From Dicyema japonicum (Eukaryota; Animalia; Dicyemida), in the NCBI GenBank assembly GCA_011109175.1, contig RDEW01000051.1:118685-182684 (forward strand): a DNA stretch of 64,000 nucleotides, read 5' to 3'. Numbering within the stretch: the first letter of the stretch is position 1; every line of letters begins with the position of its first letter. Position numbers and translations under genes: made by a program. The notes under the pieces are model-generated. The model was given only the letters and a program-made list of their open reading frames with translations, was not told the origin of the DNA and did not search any database. Shown in pieces: positions 36,667-49,300 of this stretch.

Positions 36667-39503
36667 ATTATTATTATTACCCCCAGGATCACTGGGTCAA
36701 AGAGAAAGAAATAAAAGTTCTCATCTAACTAAGTGATCCCAGACCGACAAAGGTGAGGACGAGTCCGGCGGGTCGAGAATCCTGAACAGCTCTTCTCATA
36801 GGACATGGCATCGGCTCACAATTTCTGTATGATTGTAGATAATTCGATAGTATTTGGAATAGAGGGCAGCTCGGTAGAACAGCCTCCTTTAATAGTTTCG
36901 TTGTATTTCAATTAAAAATTTTCAATAGGTTGGATGTTGTGATCTGGTCCAATTAACCTCATTGCAGTCTCCTCGATTGCAGATAACTTCAATGTGGAAG
37001 ATCGTGACATTTGCATTGCCCATGAAGGACTTGCATACGTCATCGTTGGTCGGATGAATTGTTTGTATCGTGGCAAGGATCCCAGTTTGATCTCTAAATA
37101 TTTTTGAGAGCACTTTTAAAATTCTTAATTTTTTCAAAGCAGAAGTTACTCTTTTCAACATGTCGGATAAAGGTGAGTCCCTGATCAAAGGTTACTCCCA
37201 GAATCTTCGGTGTTTTGTTAATAGAGATAGCCTCGTTCTTCATAAAGATTTTTGGTTCGATACAGAGCTGTCTTTTGTAAGTGGTAAACAGCGTGACAGA
37301 GGACTTTGTTGCTGATGTGTCGAGTCTCCGCTTCGAGAGCCAAAGTTCCAGCTTGTCGAGCATTTGTTGAGCGGACTGAGTCGCTGATTGAATGCTTCTG
37401 TTCTTGGAAGCAAGAATGATATCGTCGGCATAGGAGAGGATTAGGCAGTTTTCATTACAGGTTTGTGGCATGTCGTTTATGTAGAGATTGAAGAGTTGGG
37501 TGATAGTGGGAGCCTTGAGGGACTCCATTTGGAAAATAACGAGATCTTGATTTGATGTTGTTGCAGAGTACTTGTGCTCGTCTTCCATTTAAGAAGTTTC
37601 CAAGCCAAAGTTTCAGGTTCGGATGGATGTTGGTTTCAAATATTTTCTTTGTTAGAGTTTCCTAGGGACTGAGTCGAACGCTTTTGTGATGTCCACGGAT
37701 ATAAGTACTGTCCTCTGATGGGGTTTGGGGGAGTTAAATCCTTCCGCAATGAATTGTGTGAGGGTTGTAAGGTGTGTTGTGGTCGAATGGTTGTCCCGGA
37801 ATCCGTGCTGGGTCGGAGGTATTGAGATTGAGTCTTGTATTTTTTCCAAAACAAGCCTTTCAAGGATCCTTGAGACCGGACTTAGAATAGATATTGGGCG
37901 ATAGGAAGATGGTTCATCTATTGGTTTGTTGGGTTTTCGGATAGGTCTGATTAGAGACTTCTTCCATATTTCAGGGATTGTATTTGTGTTAATGGATAGG
38001 TTGAATATATAGGCTAATAGTTCCAGGGCTCGATGGCCTAGGTGCTTCAGTTCACATGTGGTTATGTTGTCTGGTCCTTTGGCCTCTGAGTTGTTGGCCT
38101 TAGATATGGCTCTGCGAACATCCTGACTAGTAAATAGGATCCAGTCATCGGAGCGTTTCGGTTCAATCTTTTTCAGGAATACTTGGTGTTCTTTTGAAAA
38201 CTTCCTGTAGGATATAGATGTGTAATATTTTATCAGAGTGTCTGGTTTTATGTAGACTTCGACTTTTCTCTCTGGGGAGGTCTTTTGATGTTTTTGATCC
38301 ACTTCCACACTCTTGCATTGGGGGTTTTTGTAGAGAGCTTTCGATAGTCTCGTCCATCTATTTGCATTTTCTGTCTTTATGTTGTTGTCGATCTCTCTGT
38401 TCAATTCTCGTATTTTCCTGATGTTCTCTTCTGTTGGCGATTTTACCATCTTTATTTTCGTTCTCGATCAGATGTTTCGTCGTTGTGTTAAAACGTTTTG
38501 ATGACGTTGGTTGTCTCCCCATAGGAATGTACTTCTTTTTCGCATCGTTTATAATGGAGTTGAACCATTTCACTAATTGTTCGACGGAGGGAAAAGTGGG
38601 GAAATTTAATAGTCCAATACAATTATCGACGTATTCCTTGAATCCTTTCCAATTCGCAAGGCTGTAGTTAGTTATTGTTGGGCATTGTCCTTTTATCCGT
38701 GACCTTGTTTTGACCTCCAAAAATATTGGGTTGTGGTCACTACTGGTGTCATACTTCACTGACCAGTCAATAAGTGGGGCCAAGGACGGTGATGACAATG
38801 AGATGTCGATAGAAGAAGGTTTATCATTACGTCGAGTAGGTGTTCTTGTATGAGATGCAGGATCGTTGAGTATACATAGGCTGTGGAGGTCCTCAATTAT
38901 CATCTTCCCTCTTTTGTCGTAGGTTTGTCCTGTCAGCCACAGTGGGTGCTTCGCATTGAAGTCACCACAGATAATCACATCCTTTAGTGACGCGAGAGGA
39001 GTGAGTCTGGGGCACTGGACGAGCAGGAACTCAGTGGTGGGAGATATGCGTTGACAATTGTTATTGATAGTCTTGGGAATCGTATTTTGGTAACCAAAAG
39101 TTCGAGATTTCCATATCCTTTAAGCATAGTGTAAGCACTGTTGGTTATGTCCTCAAACGGAATGCCGTTGGATAACTGTGAGAAGACCCCCACCAAGTTT
39201 GCCAATTCTGTCACGGCGAATTACTGTGAATCCCGGAAATACTGGTGTTGAATTCTTTGGAGAAAGTTTAGATTCTTGAATTAGCAACAGATCAATGTGA
39301 TTTTCTTTCACAAATGTCCGAAGTTCGAGTATTTTGTTCTTGATTCCATTTATGTTCAGTTGGACTATTCTGGCTGGTCCAGGGTTTGCCTCAACGTCCG
39401 CAGCGGCGCAGGCCTTCCTTATTGGTCCACCCGTGAAGATAGGGGAAAGTGTGGTTCTTTTTTTTCAAATGCCACCACGTCGTCGGCGAGCCACATGACA
39501 TTT
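36667..39503 (-). mobile_element. Ingi-like LINE copy 2: 5' pseudoknot, 2A motif DVEANPGP, APE, RT, 3' hairpin and (TAA)n tail
   Basis: DVEANPGP (39375-39398), then IVQLNINGIKNKILELR...LIQESK, ICGDFNAKH, SDHNP, YRPISILS, QHGFR, VDITKAFDSVP, LSYADD; tail at 36667-36680. Confidence 0.92.
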
Positions 39504-39649
39504 CCAAACAACAACTCGTCAACAACAAATAGAAAGATTACTAAAGAATCTTACTCGACCACGCCGTAGTTATACATCGAGTTTATTCAATTTTTAAAAT
39601 TTGTGTATATTATAAATTAAATAAATATTTTAAAAAGTATCACTTGTGG

Positions 39650-39923
39650 ATGTTTGGATTATTTGGACTTTACGGCCTATTTAAAGCTGGGATCTTCTTT
39701 ATAAACGCTCTTTGTATTCTCGACGAAACCCGGTTCATATCAAAATGTATATCCTCGATAAAACTCGTAGTTCGTCCAGAGAATAAGCATTCTTTCAATA
39801 ACAGCCTCATTAATTACGTCGAATCAATTCGAGCGGTCGCCAGAGGTCCATAATTTGTATATTTTAGCGCCACTAATATTACTGAATATTTTTTGTATCG
39901 CAATAACTGTTTTATTTGGTTGA
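39650..39923 (+). CDS. IER3IP1: Yos1/IER3IP1 ER membrane protein (3 exons)
   Basis: GLYGLFKAGIFFINALCILDETRF...SLINYVESIRAVARAPLILLNIFCIAITVLFG*; introns of 24 and 22 nt. Confidence 0.88.
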
Positions 39924-41879
39924 TAAATTTTGGAATTTCTTTAAATGGCTTATCGTTGTTTTAAGAGAAAGACCTTATCTCAATAGAATCAGCGGCAATC
40001 CGCGTTTCTTCATATTTCCTGCGACTTCGGCTAGGTATTGCTCCCGCTCGTACGCGATTGGCTGTGGGTCCGATTTTAGCACCACTACCCACGTGGTCAA
40101 AAATTTCCCGCTACTCAAGTCCTTGTATTCCGCCTATCTAAGGAAACCCTCAGTGCCTGGACGGCATACTAAATGATCTCACTCTTCCTTACTTTACTGG
40201 GGGTTCCCACAATGGCGAGTATGGATGTGATACATGTGTGTCTCACTGTGGAACTAGGATCACTTGGTTGAGGACTCTTTTTCTTTTAACCTGGTGATCC
40301 TTAAAGAATAAATAGATCTAGAAGAGAACTCCAGAGCTATCCAATATATGGAGTAAGTCGTGATCCATTGAGTCAAAGGGTTTTTGCCATCAAGCAACGC
40401 TGAAGTAGGGCACATTGAATAAGCAAGGGTCATCTGTTGGATGTCAACCACCCCCATCTTCGCTTAGTACTCCTATCGGGATCTCATATACTTCCTGTAG
40501 GCTCAAGATCCATGACTCGTTTATGTAAGATGAACTGTGCACTTCTCGCAAGGGGTCAACCTTAGAGAACAAAAATTTGTTTGAGTTCCAACTACAGCAG
40601 ACTGGAGGTCCTTAATTCTCGTTAGCTGAATTTTCGCTGAATTTTTCCCCCCAAAAACGCAAATGTGGCTGACAGTTGGCTCAATAGGGAGCCTAATAAG
40701 AGTAGATGTGAGAAATGGCAAACTCAAGGCGCCCACTAACATAACCTTGTCATGTTATGCTATATATTTGAACTGATTTTTAAATATTCAGATTGTATTA
40801 TTATTATTTTACTAATGCGGATAATAAATCCAATAAATAAGGTTTAAATAATTACTTTTTGTAAAAATTAATAATTCCAGCAAAATTTAGTTCATTTGAC
40901 CATTTATTACACATGCGCTTCGTCCATTCATCTATGCCACCCAAGTTACCCAGAAAATGGCACTCAAGGATACAGACTTCTGGGTAGGACTCCTCACCAA
41001 TTCTTCTGGAATCTCTAATTTATAAGAACTGGGGTTGTGTCCTTGTACCTATGAGCATCCAATTGAGCCCCTTATATGTGTTGTGAGGGTTCGAAAGAGA
41101 AGTTGCATCGGGGTCACGTGATTAATTAGTAGTCTTTGAAATTTTCATTTCTTTATAATTGGGGTGGTGTCATCTCATAAACCGCTCAAGACCAGGACAT
41201 TTTCTCTCCCTAACTTCATTGGATCATTCCTGGGAGGGGAGCTCATAACCGCTCTGGATTACTATGTGGGTTTGGACTTCCAAAGAGCCCTTTCAGTAAT
41301 ACAGGGGTACGGATTTCGCATGGAGCCAACAGGGAAGGCCAAAATTGGGGTACGAATAGTAATGGTTTCAAAGTCAGCCAAATCTGTAACCTTGGATATC
41401 CTCATTTAAACAATCAGAGATCAGTTACCTTAGTAAATGAGATGGTGGAGCGTCTCTAATGTCCACATCACTGTATGAATGCGAATGTCCTCGTCTTCAT
41501 TACGAAACGACAAACTCTGAAAAATCATAAACTTAACTTATCAACTAAAAGCGTCGGATACACTAAGTCATGTTCAAATCGCATCCGGCCCAACTTATGA
41601 AAGAACTTAGCAGGATTATCCGTCAAACTCTCACTTATGGACAGTGTGAACCCCAATTCATGATCGTCTAATTGGAATTTTATTCCCCAAAAGACCGCAT
41701 TTTCCCAAAAATCACGTATTTCACAAGAAAAATACAAAACATAAAATTATATTAATTATACACACATGACCCACATTTAAAGATTTACCCCCAAGAGATT
41801 CTAATATCCCCCCCAAGAACAAAATTCAGCAAAAACTCAAATTGTTAATAATCGAATTATTTAAAAAATACAAGTCCAC

Positions 41880-42745
41880 TTAAATAATAGCGCATCCAGA
41901 TTTCCTTTACCAGTCTGCTTAAATTTTCTATTCAAGCTGGCCTTGATAGCTTCGTCGAAAACCCGTTTTACGTTTTCCATTTTAATGGATGAGCATTCAA
42001 CGTAGGCGGCAGCCTCTTTGAGTAATGTAACAAATCTAACTGTGTTTGGTGGCTTCATCCAATCCCACCTGATAGGATACGTAGGTTTGCCCAGACTGTG
42101 CTAACTTTCTTACAGTTTCATCGTCGTCTCTCAGATCTGTTTTGGTCCCAACAAGGATGAAGGGTTTACCAGAACAATGTTCAGTGATTTCAGGAAGCCA
42201 TTTTGCCGTGACATTATTCAAAGACTGAGGCTGCACGACAGAATAACACACAATAAACACATCCTGAAGTTAGTTTAGGCAAAAATACAGTTTGGGGGTA
42301 AGAAAGAGGTCGAAGTCTGTCATAATCCTCCTGTCCTGCAGTATCCCAGAGACCAAGTTCCACGTGTGTCTTAACATTTTTTGTTGTTGTCATTATTCTC
42401 ATTGTATAATTGTCAAATCTAGGGCTAAAAATCTTTGTTGTACACAGTGGGGACGTACTCTGACGGAAAGGTGTTAGTTGTATAACTCACAAGTAGACAG
42501 GTCTTCCCGACAGCTCTAAAAGTTATTTTTAATATTCATGAGCACAAAAAGTAAGCAAAAACGGGCTACGAATTTTATTTAGTCAAGTTATCTACCGATA
42601 AAGAAATTCCGCAGATAAAAGCTTATCTTAAAGGCTTTGCACTGTAATTGAAACTTAAATGCACTGATATCGTAGCCTGTCGGATGAAATATACGCGAAT
42701 AATGTCTAACCCATCTCCAACAATCACACACTTAATATGCTCCAT
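41880..42745 (-). CDS. RAC1: Rac-like Rho-family GTPase (5 exons)
   Basis: [40 protein letters not shown]...[24 protein letters not shown]...YVECS...VFDEAI; three 25-nt introns, two at conserved Rac positions; one added A restores the CAAX end GKSGCAII*. Confidence 0.92.
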
Positions 42746-43890
42746 TGCAAGATTAAATTTAAGTAAGTTTAAATATTTATTTAATTATGGTTAGCCACTC
42801 TAAAATAATAAGCAATTAGAGAAACGAATATCTAATAAATTAAATCATTTTTGAATTTAAATATAAAAGAATTTAAAAATTATTACATTAGTGGATTTAA
42901 AAATAAAAATATCAGCTTTTTAAATTTGACATGTATTAATTTTGCACCGAATTTAAAATTCCTAGAAATTAATGAATTATTTACTAAAATGAAAATCCAA
43001 CAAAAACATTTTTAATTGTTATTTAAAAATCATTAATTTAATCCGAAATTTATAATATTCTTTTAATCTCATTATATTTCAAAATTTAAGCGCCAATTAA
43101 AATCAATTTATGTAGTAACCAACTTTTACTTATCTATGACTAGCTGTTTCCCTATAAGTTTCATTCGGAAACGTGAAACCCCAAAATGTACCCCCCTAAT
43201 TCAGCGTTAGAGATCTTAGAAGCTCCAATATGTGCTGTAGGACATATTCTACTCAACTTGAATTACATAGCAAACCAGGAGATCGAAGAGAGTCAAAATT
43301 GATGAAGAAACCTAAGTACAGAATTAAGAAAATCGGATTAATAGTTTTCCCTAAGCAAACTTGCATGAAAACATATTTCAAGTCCACCTGGGAAGTTGCG
43401 TGAGCACAAACTATTAAGTAAGCGACCTGAAGGACCACTCGTATGTATTTCCTCATAGTTGGTTCGAGAGAAAATATCCATAATCCTCTAATTAACTTGG
43501 CAATATCTCTTCCTTATATAGATGTCGATATTTATCTCCAACTTTAACATAAAGCTTCCAGGATTTTTCCATACTGGAGAACAGGATTCCAATAAAGTGT
43601 GCATCTTCTATATCTGGTGTTGCTCATTGTTCTTGATCTTCAATAACTGTCGTTTAGACACCCATTAGTGATAACATAATCCTCAAAGGATCCAGGCCAG
43701 AATGATACTGCCCAATTCGATGTATTACCATTCTCACCATCAAGGCTGTGGAGTGGGAGTCAGTGATAAAGAGGTCGACTCCGACTCCTTCTTGATCGCA
43801 AATTTTGTTTATTACTATAAGAAAAAAATTCAAATATTAATTGTATTAGTAGCAAAATTAAATGTAATTATAAAATATTTAAAAATGGTA

Positions 43891-45735
43891 CAGTATAACC
43901 TCAATTTGGGGCATCCAAAAAATTGCCCCAAAAACAGAGGTTTCCCCAAAATGGAGGTCCGATATTTTCTTCATTTTTATAACGACTTTAATTGTTTTAA
44001 CATTTTCCATTAATTTTATTAATAACTAACGTATTTTTTTAAACAGAAAAAATAATTTTTATTCTATTACACAAAAATAATCTGTTATTTTGTTTCCTGT
44101 TGCAGATTTCTTCACATGTATGCTTAATATTTTTCTGAAATTGTGATAGTCTTGTGTCGCACCGGGAAACAAACAGTGAATATTCTCCTCAAGGTTATTC
44201 ATTGCTGTTATTGTGTCCAAGTGTGAACAGTTGCATTCAGTTTGGTCATATAATTACTCATCATCACTTTCTTCTTCATTTTCAGTAACCACATCTGCAA
44301 TTATGGTGTCCAATTTTTTTCTCATTATTTATTGAATTAGGAATCAGTTGCCGACAGTTATTAGTTGTTGTTTCAGGATTTAAATTTTGCCATGTTTTCC
44401 CAACAATTATTATGACATGACCAAGATTTTTTTAAATTAAGCATGGCCGAATCATCGGGAGCCGTTGGTCCAATGACGGCTGAGTTCTTGCGAGAACTCG
44501 GAGGAATGCTTGCCAAAAACAAAAGGGAAGGGTTATGGCTTAGACAAAAGATTGGATTGGCCATACTCCGAGGTAACTCGTTTGCAATCCACGCAGCAGG
44601 ATTCCTCAACTGACATTTGTTTAATAGTTAAAAAAATAAATTAATATTAGTAAAAAAAATTAAGCATTTGTAACTAACGTTTTCAAAAAAAATCCATTAA
44701 AGCGTTGAGATAATTAGACTTAAGGATTTAGCACCCATGTCTAACGGGTGAATTAATGAGGTTTCATTTTTTTGGAGAAAAAACAATTCAATGCGTGAAA
44801 GATGGATATTCCTGTGACAACCTGCGCTATCAAACAACAAAACAGTTTTTCACTTTTGTTTAATCATTTGTAATGGTGAGCCAAGTAATAAATATTTCTG
44901 ATGTCTTCCAAGAATTTTTGGATGATGAGTAGAAAACTCCACGTTCTTCAGGGTTAAAGTTTTTCATACAATTTGGAGATTTAAATTTCCCCACTAATAA
45001 TGGATTCAATTTTTCTCCACAAGCACTGATTGAGAAAAGAATCGTGACCTTTTCCTTGCTTCTTTTAAGCCCGAATAGTCTTCACTCGAGTTACAAATGA
45101 TTTTTACTTGTCTTCAATGACAGCTGATGTCTTTTCTTAAATTTTTCCAACCAGCCATTGGGCCTTTTGAACGGCGAACAATTCAACATCCTTGCTACTT
45201 TAGAGGCAATATTTTTTAAAAGAGGACCAGACATAGAAAAATTCCTCCCTTGTTTTTGTAAACAATTATATCCAATTTTTGAGATAAAGTATTGGGAGAG
45301 CATTGAATATTTCTAGGAAAATCTGTTTGAACAGCCCAAGTATTAAAAAATGAGATAATTTTTTATACGTGATACAGCGCCTAAAAACTTAAATTACTAA
45401 ACAACCTTTACTAATTTTGTATTTATTTACAATATCTCGTTCAGTAAGATGTTCATTTTCACTTATTTCCTTACCAATTTTAATCCTTAACTCAAGACTA
45501 AGCTTACGAGCCATAACCACAAGAAAGCAAAAATTACACGAAACTTCAAAATAAAATTTTATATAATTAATTTTAATATTAATAGCAAATATTTATATAA
45601 ATTAAAAATTCAGTGTCCCACTTAGAGGTTCCGATAATTTCCAAATTTGGAAATTACCGCATAAAAATTATGCCATTTTCAAACTACCCCAAAAACAGAG
45701 GTTTCCCCAATCTCAAATAAGGTTAAGTCGGCTGT
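43891..45735 (-). mobile_element. pogo/Tigger transposase relic
   Basis: MSGPLLKNIASKVARMLNCSPFKRPNGWLEKFKKRH is the Tigger CENP-B HTH; TA-CAGTATAACCTC left end; right end degenerate. Confidence 0.8.
44445..44656 (+). mobile_element. 5'-truncated CRE-like insertion with A-rich tail and 11-bp TSD
   Basis: AAATTAAGCAT at 44434-44444 and 44657-44667; ends cctcaactgacatttgtttaatagttaaaaaa. Confidence 0.85.
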
Positions 45736-46439
45736 TTATGAATAATTCACATTAACTCCTGATGGCCTATATTATGTTTGCCAATGTTTAAAACAAAATA
45801 AAAACATAGAGGATGTGGGACAAAAATAAGTTCATTTTGTGGAAATGATAAAAATGCGCCTACGAGGGCTTCAAATCTCAAGAAGCAGAGATTCCATCCA
45901 AATATTCTAAATACAGTATACCCTAATTAATCCGAACTAAAAAAATTCGGATGCCTTTCGGATTGTGAAGGTTTTCGGATTGTGATGGAAACAAATATAT
46001 TAATTTCATTGTAGTTAATATTTATGTTTTCACATATTCCTCGTCGACATTATAATCTTCACATAGAATGACCATTTCCTTCTCGTCAGCACTTCTGTTG
46101 GAGTTATCTTTTATTCATTAGCAAGTTCAGTTCTTTCGATACTCGTTCAAAAAAGTAAAAAGAACTTTTTTCTGTAACATCACTATGATGACTGATATAA
46201 ACATTAAACTGTTGTCATTCAAACCCTACATAGCACAGTAATTTTCAAAGTCAAAATCTTTTAAAAATCTTGGTATTTTATTATGGCCAATAAAAAAATT
46301 AATTTTTATTTTTCCAGTTGCATTAGCTCAAAGAGCTATAGTAATCCTCACTTTTGATTGTTTTATGCCATTTCATCTTTAGATGTAGTTGTTCTAGAAG
46401 GGTAAGATTGAAAAAAGTCTACTTTGGATTATTAACTTC

Positions 46440-47300
46440 CTAAGTGGACGAAGGGGACGTGTTTGCCTCGGAGGTCTGAAATCAATCTCACGGCTCCTCC
46501 CAAACGGAGTCCCTCAAGGATCGCCTTTATCCCCTGCTCTGTTTAATCTTTTTCTGGCTGATATCCCGAGTCTTGAATCTGATAATGATGTTCTACTATC
46601 CTATGCGGATGATATTGTGTTGGCTTCGCGAGATCAGGACATCCAGAGGGCCACAGAAAGAATACAAATTAATCTTGACAGGCTTAATGCCTGGATTATG
46701 GAAAACCGGCTCGTGGTGAATGCAGAGAAGTCGTCTACGTCACTATTTACCTCGGACAAAAGATTGGGAAGGAAGACAGTCACCTTGAAGTTAAACAAAG
46801 TCGGCATCCCTTTCCACAGATGTCAAAGGATCTTGGGTGTGACAATTGATATGCATCTCTGTTTAACACCTCACGTAGAAAACATCGTATTGAAATGCGA
46901 GAGAAACTGAACATATTGAGAAGTTTATCGGGAATATGGAAGAGTGGTATTTACCCGGTCTTGATGACCGTGTAAAAACAGCATCTCGAGACATGTTTCT
47001 CATATGCATGCGCCTCGTGGAGTCCGTACATATCTTGACAAATATGAGGAAAATTGAGGAGATGCAAAGGAGGGCTTACAGAGTAACGGAGCGTTGGATT
47101 TGTGAAGATCACAAAACCGGACCACGCCTCTGTGGGCTCTTATGAGACTAGACTCCAGATCACGGGAAATTGGCCCTGAAAATTCAGTCAGCCGTTCTGT
47201 ACCTTCATGCGCGGACACGAAGGAAGAACGACGGGCAAAGATGAGGTCTTTGTTAAAATGCATCGGATCACAGGATAATTAGTTTTGTTTTACCGTGATC
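46440..47300 (+). mobile_element. Ingi-like RT-to-3' relic
   Basis: PNGVPQGSPLSPALFNLF, LSYADD, NAEKSSTSLFTSDKRLG. Confidence 0.85.
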
Positions 47301-47935
47301 TTGAGCTTCCTCAACTGACATTTGTTTAATTGTTAAAAAAGTTTTTTTAAAAAAAAAAAAAAAGTGCAGAAGAAGCGCCGGAAGGGGACCACGTCATGCT
47401 GCTCTGAATGATGTGATCGTCAGAGCTCTGAAGGCTTCAGGCTTCCCAGCACAGCTTGAACCAGTGGGTCTTGATCGAGGAGATGGAAGAGACCTGACGG
47501 GATGACCCTTTTCCCCTTCACGTCTGGAAGATCTTTGGTCTGGGACGCAACTTGCATAGACACGTTCTCAAACACGAACATTTTTAAATCTGTTCAGACA
47601 CCTGGAGCAGCTTCGACTGCGGAAAACCTAAAAATCAAGAAATATTCTTGCCTCGGGGATTCGCTACCGATTATCCTGTTGCGACCGAATCATCGGGAGC
47701 CGTTGGTCCAATGACGGCTGAATTCTTGCAAGAACTCGGAGGATTGCTTGCCAGAAAGAAAAGGATCAACGAGAAGGTTATGGCTAAGACAAAAGATTGG
47801 AATAGCCATACTCCGAGGGAACTCGTTCGCAATCCACGCAGCAGGCTTCCTCAACTGACATTTGTTTAATTGTTAAAAAAATTTTTTAATTAAAAAAAGA
47901 AAAAAAATAAATAAATAAAATAAAAAATAAAAAAA
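47300..47935 (+). mobile_element. Tandem CRE-like 3' ends (short end plus longer RLE fragment)
   Basis: cttcctcaactgacatttgtttaattgttaaaaaa at about 47309 and 47847; [35 protein letters not shown]. Confidence 0.85.
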
Positions 47936-48089
47936 AATTAATCCGAAATTTTTAATAAATGTCTTTCGGATTGCGGATTATGAAGTTTCGGTTTATTGAA
48001 GCCTGTTTGTAAGGAAACTTTTTAAAATTTTGTTAACTAATCAAAAAAATTCGGATTATTGGAGTTCGGATTAATGAGGGTTTACTGTA

Positions 48090-49300
48090 TTGTTGATAAA
48101 AAGGATTCGAACAATGACATTCAATAGTATTAGCTTTCCTTTGATGTGGCCCTTAGAAAAAACTACATATCCAAGTCAGTCAGTATTAAATAAGTTTTTT
48201 TTCAATCTGATAAAATTACTATATCCATGGATGCTCAAAAATTTATGTGAATTGTGTATCTCACTTTTTTTTCGCAACCAGGATTTCTTGGACTTAATGG
48301 AGAAGTAGCCAAAAAGTTAGGCATTTCACTAGAGAGACAAAGTATACGCAATCTCGTTATTGACGAAGCCATAGAGAGAAAAAACTGAAGACTCTCCTCG
48401 TTGGAAAGTGTTTTTTTATATCAAAATGGATTCTACTACACGACACCGAGTAAATTATTTCGCAATTAATGAACGATTCTATTCTCCGAATGGCAAGTTG
48501 TTACGAGGACATTAGCATTAAAAGACACTGCAGCATTAAAAGACACTGCAGCTCACTATTCAGTAGTCATCTGAAAAAACGGTTGAAGAGGTTCTTGAAG
48601 ATTATGAAATTAAAAAGAAACAGATTTGGCATAGTTACCGACAATGCTGCGAACATGATAAAATTAAATGCCAAAATAAATGATACAACTCTGAGAGATG
48701 TTGAAGAAAATCTGATGATATATTAGATAACATCACTGAAGATGCTCAATGTTATGCCAAATACAGCTCATGCAATGTGCAATACACATACAACAATTGG
48801 CTATAAGAGATGGCCTAAAAGATCCTTATATTGCAGGAATAATCAATATATACGACAAATATCTGTATTAGCACGTACATCCAAGATTGATAATATTCTA
48901 CAACGAAGAGCGGGAAAGGTGCTATACTTGATCAGGCAACACGCTGGGGAAGCACATACCCGATGATTCGTCGATTAAAAGAATAAAGTCTTTTATTGAG
49001 GATATCACTAACTGAAAAGCAATGGGAAGAACTTAAGAATCGGAATATGTTTTATATCCTTTTTTCTAAACTACAAAACGGTTACAGAAGATTTAACAGG
49101 TGGATCATTTCTATGGGAATGGAAAAATTTAATATAATTCCAAAAAAGGAGGATTGATTTCAAAAGTAATTAAAATTTTTATGAAAAAAGAGAAGCTCAA
49201 TTGATGAACAATTCTGGGCTAAAATTTATCAAATCAGACCTTCGAGCTTCTATGAAGGAAGATTTGGTCGAAGCTATATTATTTCTAAAAAAATAATAGT
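48090..49300 (+). mobile_element. hAT transposase relic of the enclosing element
   Basis: GIVTDNAANMIKL catalytic-region motif; multiple stops. Confidence 0.7.

Larger units (their letters stand above)
45914..48087. mobile_element. pogo-type non-autonomous element with TIRs and TA target, carrying nested retro-fragments
   Basis: TA|CAGTATACCCTAATTAATCCGAACT ... AGTTCGGATTAATGAGGGTTTACTG|TA; repeated TTCGGATT subterminal motifs. Confidence 0.85.

Noticed and set aside
40440-40560. LREVHSSSYINESW...EIP resembling HDAC11
   Set aside because: The catalytic GGGFHH and DLDAHQG motifs are absent at the expected spacing; the similarity is too short.
48512-48552. 19-bp tandem duplication (gcattaaaagacactgca)
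   Set aside because: A local slippage duplication inside a dead hAT transposase; not an array or CRISPR.
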